Below are positions 8,265 to 17,002 of a DNA stretch of 32,000 nt, one piece after another. How positions within the stretch are numbered: position 1 is the stretch's first letter; each line of letters starts with the position of its first letter. This DNA comes from Candidatus Hadarchaeota archaeon (GTDB lineage Archaea; Hadarchaeota; Hadarchaeia; Hadarchaeales; Hadarchaeaceae), in contig CAZETV010000001.1 in NCBI GenBank assembly GCA_964514965.1, positions 450,001 to 482,000 of the forward strand. The letters run 5' to 3'. The notes beneath the pieces were generated by a model. The model saw only the letters and a program-made list of their open reading frames with translations, had not been told where the DNA came from and searched no databases. Position numbers and translations under genes: made by a program.

Positions 8265-9601
8265 TGTCGGGTGAAGTTAAGACAATTTTTGAGCCGAAAT
8301 CAGTCGTACTAATAGGCGCTTCTGCCGGGGAAGGAGTAGGGGCTACCTCGCCAGCTTTCTTTGGCTCGCTCGTTCAAAACACGCTTCACTTCTTTAAGGG
8401 TAAAACTCACGTCGTTGATTTTAGCGGGAAGCTTGAAGGTGCTGTCAAAAATTTAAATCAAGTCCCCAGTGGATGCGATATTGCGGTAATAGTGTTACCC
8501 CCAAAAATTGTTATGAAAAATTTACGGAAGCTGTTTGCTCGAAAAGTGAAAGCTATAGTTTTGGTTGCGGGAGGTTTTGATCAAAACCAGCTAGAGGAAC
8601 TCACGCGTGAAGCCACCAAACAAAAGGTTCGAATGCTTGGCCCAAACGTGAGAGCCGGCATAATCAACACGGTGAATGGCTTGTGTATAACTTTTGAGCG
8701 TGAAATCATGCCACCATGCGGTGACATCGCAATAATCTCGCAGAACTGCGCGGTTGGAACGGCGATACTTGATTGGGCTTGCTCTTATAGTGCAGGCGTG
8801 AGCAAATTCGCGTCAATCGGCGAGGGCACCGATATAACAGAGACGGACTTGCTTGAATTTCTAACCCAAGACAAGGAAACGAAGGTAATTTGTATTTATT
8901 TAGAAAGCGTTCATGATGGGCGAAAGTTTCTTAAATTGATTAACGAAGCGTCGAAAAAAAAGCCAGTCGTCGTGCTGAAGGGGAGCACGACGCGCGAAGG
9001 AATTGAGCAAGATAGAATATTCGCCACCGCTCTTAAGCAGGCCGGCGCTTTTCAAGTCGATGATGTCGAGGAACTCCTTAGCGTCGCGAATGCTCTGTCG
9101 AAACAACCATGCATGCGGGGCAATAGAGTGGCTGTAATTACTAACGTTAGCGGGCCGGCAGTTTTGGTGGCAGACATGTTATCCCGCGAGAGGTTAGCGT
9201 TGGCGAAACTATCTGATAAAGTCGCGAATAAAATCATCCAGAAATATCCAGATACCAGCATAGCGGATTGGGTGAACCTTGGCATTGACGCAAATGGAGA
9301 TCGTTACAAGTTTGTTCTTGAACAAGTACTATCAGAATCAGGTGTCGATGGTGTTGTAGTAGTAAATGAACTCAAGTCGACGTTTCTCAAACTCGAAGAT
9401 TTTCAGGAAATAACAAAAGCAATGAAAAAGTCGAAGAATATACCGGTTGTCGACATTGTGATGTGTAGGAAAGACTGCGCTCTTGTGCGGGAGAAGCTCC
9501 AAGATAAAGATGTCTGCGTTTATGCTTCACCTAGAAAAGCTGCTCAAGCTTTATGCGCACTTTACTCGTATGAAAAAACTCGGAAGAGATTTAGAAAATG
9601 A
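8264..9601 (+). CDS. ACD alpha-subunit-like protein (CoA-binding plus CoA-ligase domains), phosphohistidine loop absent
   Basis: N-terminal FEPKSVVLIGAS CoA-binding start, LGPN, IISQNCAVG, ICIYLESVHDGRKF, NRVAVITNVSGPAVLVAD. The expected A-S-H-T-G-S-L-A-G segment is missing (see finding). Confidence 0.8.
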   Translation: MSGEVKTIFEPKSVVLIGASAGEGVGATSPAFFGSLVQNTLHFFKGKTHVVDFSGKLEGAVKNLNQVPSGCDIAVIVLPPKIVMKNLRKLFARKVKAIVLVAGGFDQNQLEELTREATKQKVRMLGPNVRAGIINTVNGLCITFEREIMPPCGDIAIISQNCAVGTAILDWACSYSAGVSKFASIGEGTDITETDLLEFLTQDKETKVICIYLESVHDGRKFLKLINEASKKKPVVVLKGSTTREGIEQDRIFATALKQAGAFQVDDVEELLSVANALSKQPCMRGNRVAVITNVSGPAVLVADMLSRERLALAKLSDKVANKIIQKYPDTSIADWVNLGIDANGDRYKFVLEQVLSESGVDGVVVVNELKSTFLKLEDFQEITKAMKKSKNIPVVDIVMCRKDCALVREKLQDKDVCVYASPRKAAQALCALYSYEKTRKRFRK

Positions 9602-9742
9602 AGGAAACGGAAAAATATTCCACCCGAATGTCTCACCACAAGGAATCGTAACGAATGATTAGCAGTGGGCATCTGTAGGATCTGATAAAGAGATTTAGAG
9701 AAATCGGAAGCGGTGCTGCGGGAGTTGAATCTCTTGTTAGCA

Positions 9743-11074
9743 TCAACTTAAAAACTGCCCGTATCCAGGCTTTCCGACTACATTTCCATCCTTGGCCACT
9801 AAAACGCCCCGCAAAATCGTTATTACTGGAGCTCCCCTAATCCTCATTCCCTCGTAAGGGGTCCAGCCAACTTTGTAATGCATTTTTTTAGCAGCTATAG
9901 TTGTCTCCTTCTTGAGATCCACAATCACTATGTCCGCATCAGAGCCCTTGCGGATAACTCCTTTGCGCGGGTAGAGGCCGAAGATTTGCGCAGGCTGGGT
10001 ACAGAGTGCATCAACAAGCCGCTCGAGCGTCAGCCTGCCCTTCGCGACACCCTCGCTGAGCATGAGTGGCAATAAGGTTTCTACGCTCGAAACGCCGACT
10101 TGAGCTGTCCAGATATTTTCCCATCCAATCTCCTTCTCCGCCTTGGTGCTGGGTGCATGGTCGCTCGAGACGATATCGATTGTTCCCTCAGCCAAAGCAT
10201 TCCAGAGCGCCACACAGTCTTCACTTGTTTTCAACGCGGGATTTACCTTTAGGTACGGTCCCAACCTTTGCATGTCTTCTCGCGTGAAAAGCAGATAGTG
10301 CGGACATATTTCGCTGGTTACGGGTATCCTCTTCTCTTTCGCCTTTTTGACGAACTCAGCACCTTGGCGTGTCGTGATGTGGGCTAGGTGCAGTTTACAA
10401 CCGGTACGTTTGGCGAGCATTATCATTTTTTCGATAGCTTTTTCTTCGGCTTCATTCGGGCACGATTCCGCGTAAGCCAATGAATCTCTCCGCCCTTCTT
10501 TGAGGAGCCTCTCAGTTTGCTTCTGCAGAACTTTTTCGTCCTCTGCGTGAACAAATGCAATGCCACCAATATTTTTTATCGCGGCCATCAGCCTCTCCAA
10601 TGCTTGGTCTTCAACACGGTAGAGATTACATGTAAATGCCTTGAAAGATTTGACGCCGAGCGTGAAGAGCTGGGGGATATCTTTGATTGAGTCAGCAGTC
10701 ATTTTTCCCGCGTGTAAATTAAAATCGATAAAGCTCTCCCTTTGCCCAGATTCAATGATATTTTTTATCCCTTTTGGCGTCAGCATCGAGGTATCGAGGG
10801 GCGCCACAATTACACTGGTTATACCCCCCGCTGCGGCCGCGGCACTACCATTTTGAAAATCTTCTCGAAAGGGATGACAATAATCGTAGAGGTGGACATG
10901 GGTGTCGATAACTCCGGGCATCACAATTTTATCTTCCGCATTGATTTCTTGATCAGCTTTTGGCAGTCCACTCGCAGCAATTTCAGATATGCGCCCTTCT
11001 TCGACTGCGAGCTCTCCGCGGATGATTCCCTCAGGTAAAACCAAGCGCGCATTTCGAATGACTAAATCGGCCAA
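9743..11074 (-). CDS. cyclic amidohydrolase (allantoinase / dihydropyrimidinase / dihydroorotase family)
   Basis: MPGVIDTHVHL (HxH), GVKSFKAF (candidate carbamylated Lys), FVHAED, LHLAHITT, CPHYL, KVNPALK...IDIVSSDHAP. The subfamily cannot be resolved by eye. Confidence 0.8.
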   Translation of the reverse strand: MADLVIRNARLVLPEGIIRGELAVEEGRISEIAASGLPKADQEINAEDKIVMPGVIDTHVHLYDYCHPFREDFQNGSAAAAAGGITSVIVAPLDTSMLTPKGIKNIIESGQRESFIDFNLHAGKMTADSIKDIPQLFTLGVKSFKAFTCNLYRVEDQALERLMAAIKNIGGIAFVHAEDEKVLQKQTERLLKEGRRDSLAYAESCPNEAEEKAIEKMIMLAKRTGCKLHLAHITTRQGAEFVKKAKEKRIPVTSEICPHYLLFTREDMQRLGPYLKVNPALKTSEDCVALWNALAEGTIDIVSSDHAPSTKAEKEIGWENIWTAQVGVSSVETLLPLMLSEGVAKGRLTLERLVDALCTQPAQIFGLYPRKGVIRKGSDADIVIVDLKKETTIAAKKMHYKVGWTPYEGMRIRGAPVITILRGVLVAKDGNVVGKPGYGQFLS

Positions 11075-11097
11075 AACACCACCGGGATTAGGATAAG

Positions 11098-11310
11098 TTA
11101 TTCGCGTATCATCGAGGCAGCTGCTCGGATATCATCTTCGTTCACAGTTTTCGCGCCACGATGTTTAGCTAATTTTATCGCTTCATTTGACAGCTCAGCC
11201 GCATATTCCTCAATAATTGCACTGAGTTCAAGAGCGGCGTCGTGCGACACACGAACTTTAGCTGCTTTTCGGATAATACGCTCCATTGTGGAGACCGAAA
11301 ATTCTGACAT
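11098..11310 (-). CDS. archaeal histone (HMf-type histone fold)
   Basis: 70 aa; alignable by eye to HMfB: ERIIRKAAKVRVSHDAALELSAIIEEYAAELSNEAIKLAKHRGAKTVNEDDI. Confidence 0.85.
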   Translation of the reverse strand: MSEFSVSTMERIIRKAAKVRVSHDAALELSAIIEEYAAELSNEAIKLAKHRGAKTVNEDDIRAAASMIRE

Positions 11311-11457
11311 GTTCTCGTCACCATATTCAAATGATTTAAGGGTTTATTTGGGTTTGGTAATACCCCCCACGACTGAAGAATATGGGTTTCTCACTCATTC
11401 AATTATAACGCACCGAAAGTTTAAATGCACGCCGATGATTTTGTTCTTAGGGATTGA

Positions 11458-12807
11458 ATGGTTGACTTATTGATTAAAAACGGTTTGATAGTCACGATGG
11501 ATAAAGATTTTCGCATCATTGCGAATGGTTCTATCGCAGTTGAAGATGGTCGCATTATCTCGGTCAATCGAGGAAAGGTGAAAAGCAAGAGCAGGCCAGA
11601 AGAAATCATCGACGCCTGCGGCAAAATCGTCATGCCTGGCCTCATTTGCTCGCACACCCACCTCTATGGCACACTTCTGCGTGGCGCTCCGTTGAAAATT
11701 GAGACCCCTGCCGATTTTTCACAGATGGTACAGCGCGTCTGGTGGCCGATTGAGGAGGAGATGACCAGAGAGGATGCGTACGCTAGCGCTTTGATTTCCT
11801 GCCGTGAGTTTATCAAGACAGGCACAACTATGTTTGCCGACACTTTTTCAGGCCCGAACGCCATAACCGGCGTGCTGGATCGGGTTGCCGCAGCAGTCGA
11901 GCAATCAGGAATGCGGGGAATCATTTCGTTTGAGGCGACCGAGCGTCGCACTCACGCCGAGGGAGCCAGAGGCACGAAAGAGAGTGAACGATTCATCCGG
12001 AAGATTAAGAAAAAACGCATGAGCCATGTGCGAGGGATGTTCAGCATTCACGCTTCCTTTACAGTTTCCAACGAACTCTTCCACTACGTCCGAGAACTAG
12101 CGAGTCGCTATAAGGTACCAGTGACCATCCACACCTCTGAGGGGCTGGTGGATCTCTATCACAATTTAGAGAGGTTCGGCAAACGCACTATAGAACGATT
12201 GAACGATGAAGGGATACTCGCACAGGATGTAGTGCTCGCTCATTGTGTACATGTCAATGATGACGAGTTGGCTATCATCAAAAAGACTGGGGCAAAAGTT
12301 GCTCACAACCCCATGAGTAACATGCTCAACGCAGTTGGAATCGCGCCGATAGTGAAAATGCTCACGATGGATATTCCTGTAGGTTTGGGCAACGATGGAT
12401 ACATCTTCGACGGATTTGAGAATATCCGAGCCGCCTTCTTGCTGCACAAAGTTGCCCTTCGCGATCCTCGCGCGATTTCACTCGTCGAAGCACTAAAAAT
12501 GGCGACAATCCGTGGAGCAGAGATCTATGGACTAGGGAACGAACTAGGTTCGATTGAGCCAGGAAAGCTCGCAGATATTATCATCATAAATCCAGCCCAC
12601 GCGCCTACGCCCGTACGTTCTGAAAATGTCGCCGAGCACATTGTTAACACCGTTGACGGCGATGATATCGAAACGGTCGTCGTAGGTGGCAAAGTCATAA
12701 TGCGCGAACGAAAAATGCAAACGCTCGACGAAGCGGAGGTGGTGAAAGTGGCGCAGAAATCGGCGGATAAACTCTGGCAGAAACTTGAAACAATTAAGAG
12801 GAGATGA
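11458..12807 (+). CDS. SsnA/chlorohydrolase-type amidohydrolase (nucleobase/nucleoside deaminase superfamily)
   Basis: MPGLICSHTHLYGTLLRG (HxH followed by Y..L.RG, as in SsnA-like proteins), IHASFT, IHTSE, AHCVH, GNDG. 449 aa. Confidence 0.75.
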   Translation: MVDLLIKNGLIVTMDKDFRIIANGSIAVEDGRIISVNRGKVKSKSRPEEIIDACGKIVMPGLICSHTHLYGTLLRGAPLKIETPADFSQMVQRVWWPIEEEMTREDAYASALISCREFIKTGTTMFADTFSGPNAITGVLDRVAAAVEQSGMRGIISFEATERRTHAEGARGTKESERFIRKIKKKRMSHVRGMFSIHASFTVSNELFHYVRELASRYKVPVTIHTSEGLVDLYHNLERFGKRTIERLNDEGILAQDVVLAHCVHVNDDELAIIKKTGAKVAHNPMSNMLNAVGIAPIVKMLTMDIPVGLGNDGYIFDGFENIRAAFLLHKVALRDPRAISLVEALKMATIRGAEIYGLGNELGSIEPGKLADIIIINPAHAPTPVRSENVAEHIVNTVDGDDIETVVVGGKVIMRERKMQTLDEAEVVKVAQKSADKLWQKLETIKRR

Positions 12808-12811
12808 TGAA

Positions 12812-13900
12812 ATGGTTGATTTATCCGTGGAAATATGTGGCTTAAAATTCCGTAACCCCATTTTGCCCGCTGCTGGCCCCACGGTGCACAACGGAGATGC
12901 TTTGGTAAAAGCTGCCGAGGGTGGCGCTGGTGGATTGGTCGCGAAAACTGTGAGCGTCTCTCCAGCCCATGTGCCCCGACCCTGTATAATAAAGGTTAAA
13001 GATAGCTTGCTGAATGCCGAGCTTTGGACCGACCTGCCGCTCGAGCAATGGCTTCGCCATGAATATGCTAAGGCGAAACGGACGAAGCTACCGTTGATAG
13101 CGAGCGTTGGATATAATGCCGAAGAAATCCGAGCTGTTGCACCCAAGCTCAAGGCGGCCGGTGTGGATGCCCTCGAGCTATTGACTCACCACCTCGAAAA
13201 CGGCCCGACATCGCTGGTCGAAGCGACGAAGGCCGCGAAGGAGGCCGTCGATATCCCAGTGCTCGTAAAACTTAGCCCGAACGTACCCGATGTGACCCAG
13301 TTCGCGCGGGCTGTAGAAGAAGTGGGAGCAGATGGGATAGTTGCGATAAACTCGGTTGGGCCATGCCTAGCAATCGACATAGAGAACACAATGCCTATGC
13401 TTGGAAGCACCTCTGGCTATGGTTGGCTCTCGGGCCCCGCAATTAAACCTCTCGCGGTTCGATGCGTGGCCGACATCTGCCGCGCGGTGAAGATACCCGT
13501 CATTGGAGCGGGCGGAATCAGCAATGGGCGCGATGCGATTGAACTCATTATGGTTGGGGCCTCAGCGGTACAACTCTCAACTGCCGCGATAATTCGAGGA
13601 CACAAGATTTATGGGCTAATAGCAGACGAGATTGCCAAGTTCATGCGCGCAAAAGGCTACAACTCAATTAACGATTTTAAGGGCATAGCACTTCATCACC
13701 TGCCCGAGCAGCCTCTTCGTACCACAACCAAACCTCCTGAGGTAACCGCGTCGAGGTGCACGGGCTGCGGGCTCTGCGAGCGGTACTGTCCATACGAAGC
13801 GATCCGTATCGTCGGGAGAATCGCCCGCTTAGACCCTGTCAAATGCTACGGCTGCGGGCTCTGTGTCTCGGTCTGCCCAACGCGAGCAATCCGGTTATAG
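12812..13900 (+). CDS. DHODH/dihydropyrimidine-dehydrogenase (PreA)-like FMN TIM-barrel fused to a 2x[4Fe-4S] ferredoxin domain
   Basis: GLKFRNPILPAAGP, VKLSPNV, GADGIVAINS, LSGPAIKPLAVRCV, IPVIGAGGI...GASAVQLSTA; C-terminal CTGCGLCERYCP and CYGCGLCVSVCP. ATG 12812 follows AGGAG; TTG 12785 is the longest ORF. Confidence 0.8.
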   Translation: MVDLSVEICGLKFRNPILPAAGPTVHNGDALVKAAEGGAGGLVAKTVSVSPAHVPRPCIIKVKDSLLNAELWTDLPLEQWLRHEYAKAKRTKLPLIASVGYNAEEIRAVAPKLKAAGVDALELLTHHLENGPTSLVEATKAAKEAVDIPVLVKLSPNVPDVTQFARAVEEVGADGIVAINSVGPCLAIDIENTMPMLGSTSGYGWLSGPAIKPLAVRCVADICRAVKIPVIGAGGISNGRDAIELIMVGASAVQLSTAAIIRGHKIYGLIADEIAKFMRAKGYNSINDFKGIALHHLPEQPLRTTTKPPEVTASRCTGCGLCERYCPYEAIRIVGRIARLDPVKCYGCGLCVSVCPTRAIRL

Positions 13901-14034
13901 TCGCGCAACACTTAGATGGGATATCTTGCTTCACAAAACTTTTTCAAACGCACCACAACTCTTGAATTATGAATTGATTTTTTATTCATTTATTCCCATG
14001 ACCTTTAATTACAACAAATGATTTAGAAAGAACG

Positions 14035-15606
14035 ATGCAAATGCCGCAATCTACCAGAATAAAGCAACTGATTCACAATGGGATTCTCATCCCTACCTAC
14101 GAACCAAGAGGCTTCACAATACGCTATAATGGAAAGAAACTCTCGTTGACTCCAGAACAAGAAGAGATGGCCGTCGCATGGGTCAAGAAACTGGGGACAG
14201 ACTACGTGAAAGACCCTGTCTTCACCAAGAACTTCGTGAAAGACTTCTCCAAAGCTCTAGGGGATGAAACTCCCTCTAAAATAGAAGACTTCGATTTCTC
14301 TAATATTCAAAGTTGGGTTGAACAGGAAAAAATCAAAAAAGAAAACATGTCACTAGAAGAGCGAAAGGCGTTGGCTGAGACACGAAAGAAAACTCGGGAA
14401 GCCAACAAGGAGAAGTATGGATACGCCGTGCTTAACGGTGAACGGGTGGAAATTGGCTACACCGTAGAACCCCCCAGCATTTTCATGGGGCGAGGTAAAC
14501 ACCCGTTTCGGGGAAGATGGAAGCCAAGAGTCACCTATTCGGATATAATACTTAACTTGTCACCCGATGCTCCTACACCAACACCTCCAGACGGGAAACA
14601 CTGGAAGGAAAGAACCTTCGATCCGAATGCCCTGTGGATAGCCAAGTGGCAGGGCAAGCTCAGTGGGGAACTTAAGTATTTATGGATAGCTGACACCGCG
14701 CGCTTCAAGCAGGAGCGCGAGATTGAGAAGTTCAACAAAGCCCGAGAGCTGGAGAACCTCGTCGAAAAGGTTCGGCAACACATTGAGGAAAACTTGGCCT
14801 CGGAGGATATCACCCAGCGCAAAATCGCGACCGTATCTTACTTGATAGACAATCTAAAAATGAGGGTCGGCGACGAAAAGGACAAGGACGAAGCTGACAC
14901 TGTTGGCGCAGTGACGCTGAGAAGCACACATGTCAACATAGACTACTCCGGACAGGCAAAATTCGACTTCCTAGGTAAAGACTCGGTGAGATGGGTAAGA
15001 ACAATCAGGCCCCCTGCTCAAGTCGTAAACAACCTGCAGTCCTTCATCGGAGAGCCCAGAGCACAAATTTTCTCGGGGATTCGATCGGAGCATGTGAACG
15101 CTTTCTTGGGCCAAGTGATGCCAGGGCTCACGGCCAAGGTCTTCAGGACTTATCACGCCTCGAAGAGCGTCAGAGACTATTTGTCCAATTCCAAGGTTCG
15201 ACCGGAAGATCCAGACTTTGAGAAGAAGTATGCAGCAAAGATGGCAAATCTTGAAGCAGCGATTACCTGCTACCACAAACGAAAACTCCCGAAGAACTGG
15301 AAGAAATCCCTTGAAAAGAAAGTAAACGGATTGAAAGCTCTGAAAATTAAACTGAAAGAAATCAAGGAAAAGCCTCTCTCACGCTCACGTGCAAAGCGGG
15401 TAAAAAGCATTCAGAGGAGAATAAAGAATGCCACGCTTAATGTAAAGCTGATAAAAGCTACGCGCGACTACAACCTCGGCACATCTCTCAAGTCTTACAT
15501 CAACCCGCGCCTCTACACCAAATGGGCAAGAAAAGTTTCATACGACTGGAAAAACATCTACCCCAAAACTCTCCAGCGAAAGTTCGCCTGGGCTGAAGAG
15601 GGGTAA
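14035..15606 (+). CDS. DNA topoisomerase IB (eukaryote-type)
   Basis: DTVGAVTLRSTHV, KVFRTYHAS, HKR and LGTSLKSYINPRL (candidate catalytic Tyr) parallel the human TOP1 motifs DTVGCCSLR / KVFRTYNAS / SKLNYLDPR. TTTAATTA box ~25 nt upstream. Confidence 0.9.
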   Translation: MQMPQSTRIKQLIHNGILIPTYEPRGFTIRYNGKKLSLTPEQEEMAVAWVKKLGTDYVKDPVFTKNFVKDFSKALGDETPSKIEDFDFSNIQSWVEQEKIKKENMSLEERKALAETRKKTREANKEKYGYAVLNGERVEIGYTVEPPSIFMGRGKHPFRGRWKPRVTYSDIILNLSPDAPTPTPPDGKHWKERTFDPNALWIAKWQGKLSGELKYLWIADTARFKQEREIEKFNKARELENLVEKVRQHIEENLASEDITQRKIATVSYLIDNLKMRVGDEKDKDEADTVGAVTLRSTHVNIDYSGQAKFDFLGKDSVRWVRTIRPPAQVVNNLQSFIGEPRAQIFSGIRSEHVNAFLGQVMPGLTAKVFRTYHASKSVRDYLSNSKVRPEDPDFEKKYAAKMANLEAAITCYHKRKLPKNWKKSLEKKVNGLKALKIKLKEIKEKPLSRSRAKRVKSIQRRIKNATLNVKLIKATRDYNLGTSLKSYINPRLYTKWARKVSYDWKNIYPKTLQRKFAWAEEG

Positions 15607-15614
15607 ATGTGTTT

Positions 15615-16811
15615 TTAAGAGAGTACGCCATCCGCGAACCGCTCGATGTATCGTAGGTATTTGTTTAGGAAAGCCTCTTTCGAGAATTTCTGCCTGACTC
15701 TCCTCCGCCCTCGCCGCCCCATCTCAGCCGCACGCTCCGAGTCACAACTACAGGCCTCCTCCAGCTTATTGGCAAGCCCACGCTCGCTCCCAGCTCGGAA
15801 GTTTAGCCCAACCTCACCATCAACCATCTCTCGTAGCGCCCCAGCCGTCGAAACGATTGTAGGCACTTCACAGGCTAGTCCCTCGGCCGTCGCGTATGAG
15901 AAGCTCTCCCAGTACGAGGGCATGATAGTGAAGGTGCTTGAGGAGTAATAGTAGGGAAGTTCACGCAGCCGCCTCCATCCCACCAGCTTGACATATTTAG
16001 AGAGGTCCATGCGCTTCACCGCCCGCCTTAACAAGATGCCGTCGTCTGTGAGCATCCTAAGTTCGAAGTTAGAGTGTCCCCGATCTACCACGCGCCGGAC
16101 GCTCCGCAAGAGTAGGTCGATTCCCTTTTCGGGGTGGTTCCGTCCAGCATAGGTAAAGACAGTTTTCCCGTTAGACTCGCACTTGGCCCGGCTAAACAAG
16201 TTTGTGTCGACCCCGTTGTAAATCACGTCAATGCAGTTACGGTCGAACCGCCGGGCGAGCTCTCGTTTACAAGCTTTGCTCACGGTTATTGTCCGTCTAG
16301 AATTCTCAATCGACTTGACCTCCAACCTCGCATCGCGGAGAAGCCTGTATTTGTTTGCTACTCGGACCCCAAAGCGCTCTGCAAATTTTTCCCGCAGAAA
16401 TTCTGGGCGATGGGAGATGTACACGAGGTTGTCAAGTCCTGCACGAGCGATTAGCTCCCCAAAAGCAAATGAGTTAGCCAAAATCATGTCGAATTTTTTG
16501 AGATCGACGGGAGCGTGTTTTCCAAGCAACCGCTCCGCAAATCGTTTGGTCGCCGGGTACAGGATATCCGCGTCGTACGGGCGGTGCTCGCGAAACCCCG
16601 GAATGCGGACAAACAACACCCGATAACCCTCGCGGTGAACTAGCCTGTCACGCTGCGAAGGGACGATAAACGTGAGGCTGAGATTTCGGCTTCTAGCACG
16701 GGCGAACATCCCAAGCTCCGCTAGGTAGCCGAGATACATCCCGACCCCCGTCGCCACCTTGCTCCTAGATGGGGGCTCCCAACCAAGTACTACAACTTTT
16801 AACTTTCGCAT
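15615..16811 (-). CDS. GT-B glycosyltransferase (family 4-like)
   Basis: N-terminal KVVVLGWEPP; C-terminal Glycos_transf_1-type block with GRNHPEKGIDLL, MPSYWESFSYATAEGLACEVPTIVS. ATG 16811 preferred; GTG 16820 is an alternative. Confidence 0.85.
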   Translation of the reverse strand: MRKLKVVVLGWEPPSRSKVATGVGMYLGYLAELGMFARARSRNLSLTFIVPSQRDRLVHREGYRVLFVRIPGFREHRPYDADILYPATKRFAERLLGKHAPVDLKKFDMILANSFAFGELIARAGLDNLVYISHRPEFLREKFAERFGVRVANKYRLLRDARLEVKSIENSRRTITVSKACKRELARRFDRNCIDVIYNGVDTNLFSRAKCESNGKTVFTYAGRNHPEKGIDLLLRSVRRVVDRGHSNFELRMLTDDGILLRRAVKRMDLSKYVKLVGWRRLRELPYYYSSSTFTIMPSYWESFSYATAEGLACEVPTIVSTAGALREMVDGEVGLNFRAGSERGLANKLEEACSCDSERAAEMGRRGRRRVRQKFSKEAFLNKYLRYIERFADGVLS

Positions 16812-17002
16812 CTGGAACACACTTCAACTCAAGCCCGTCGAACGAGAATCACGGTATTCTGACGAACCCAATCGGTAATGATACATTGAGACATGAGAAT
16901 AAAAACGTTTACAAAAATGTAAAACAAAAAGATGTAACATTTTATTAAGAAATAGGCTTGAATCACGGAAAAATCAAATAGAAAATTGAAATCACTTAAT
17001 TT

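Noticed and set aside
9650-9690. Possible C/D box sRNA (ATGATTA ... CTGA) in the convergent spacer after the ACD alpha gene
   Set aside because: The C box is imperfect, there is no C'/D' pair, and the C-to-D distance of about 30 nt is too short for the archaeal double-guide architecture.
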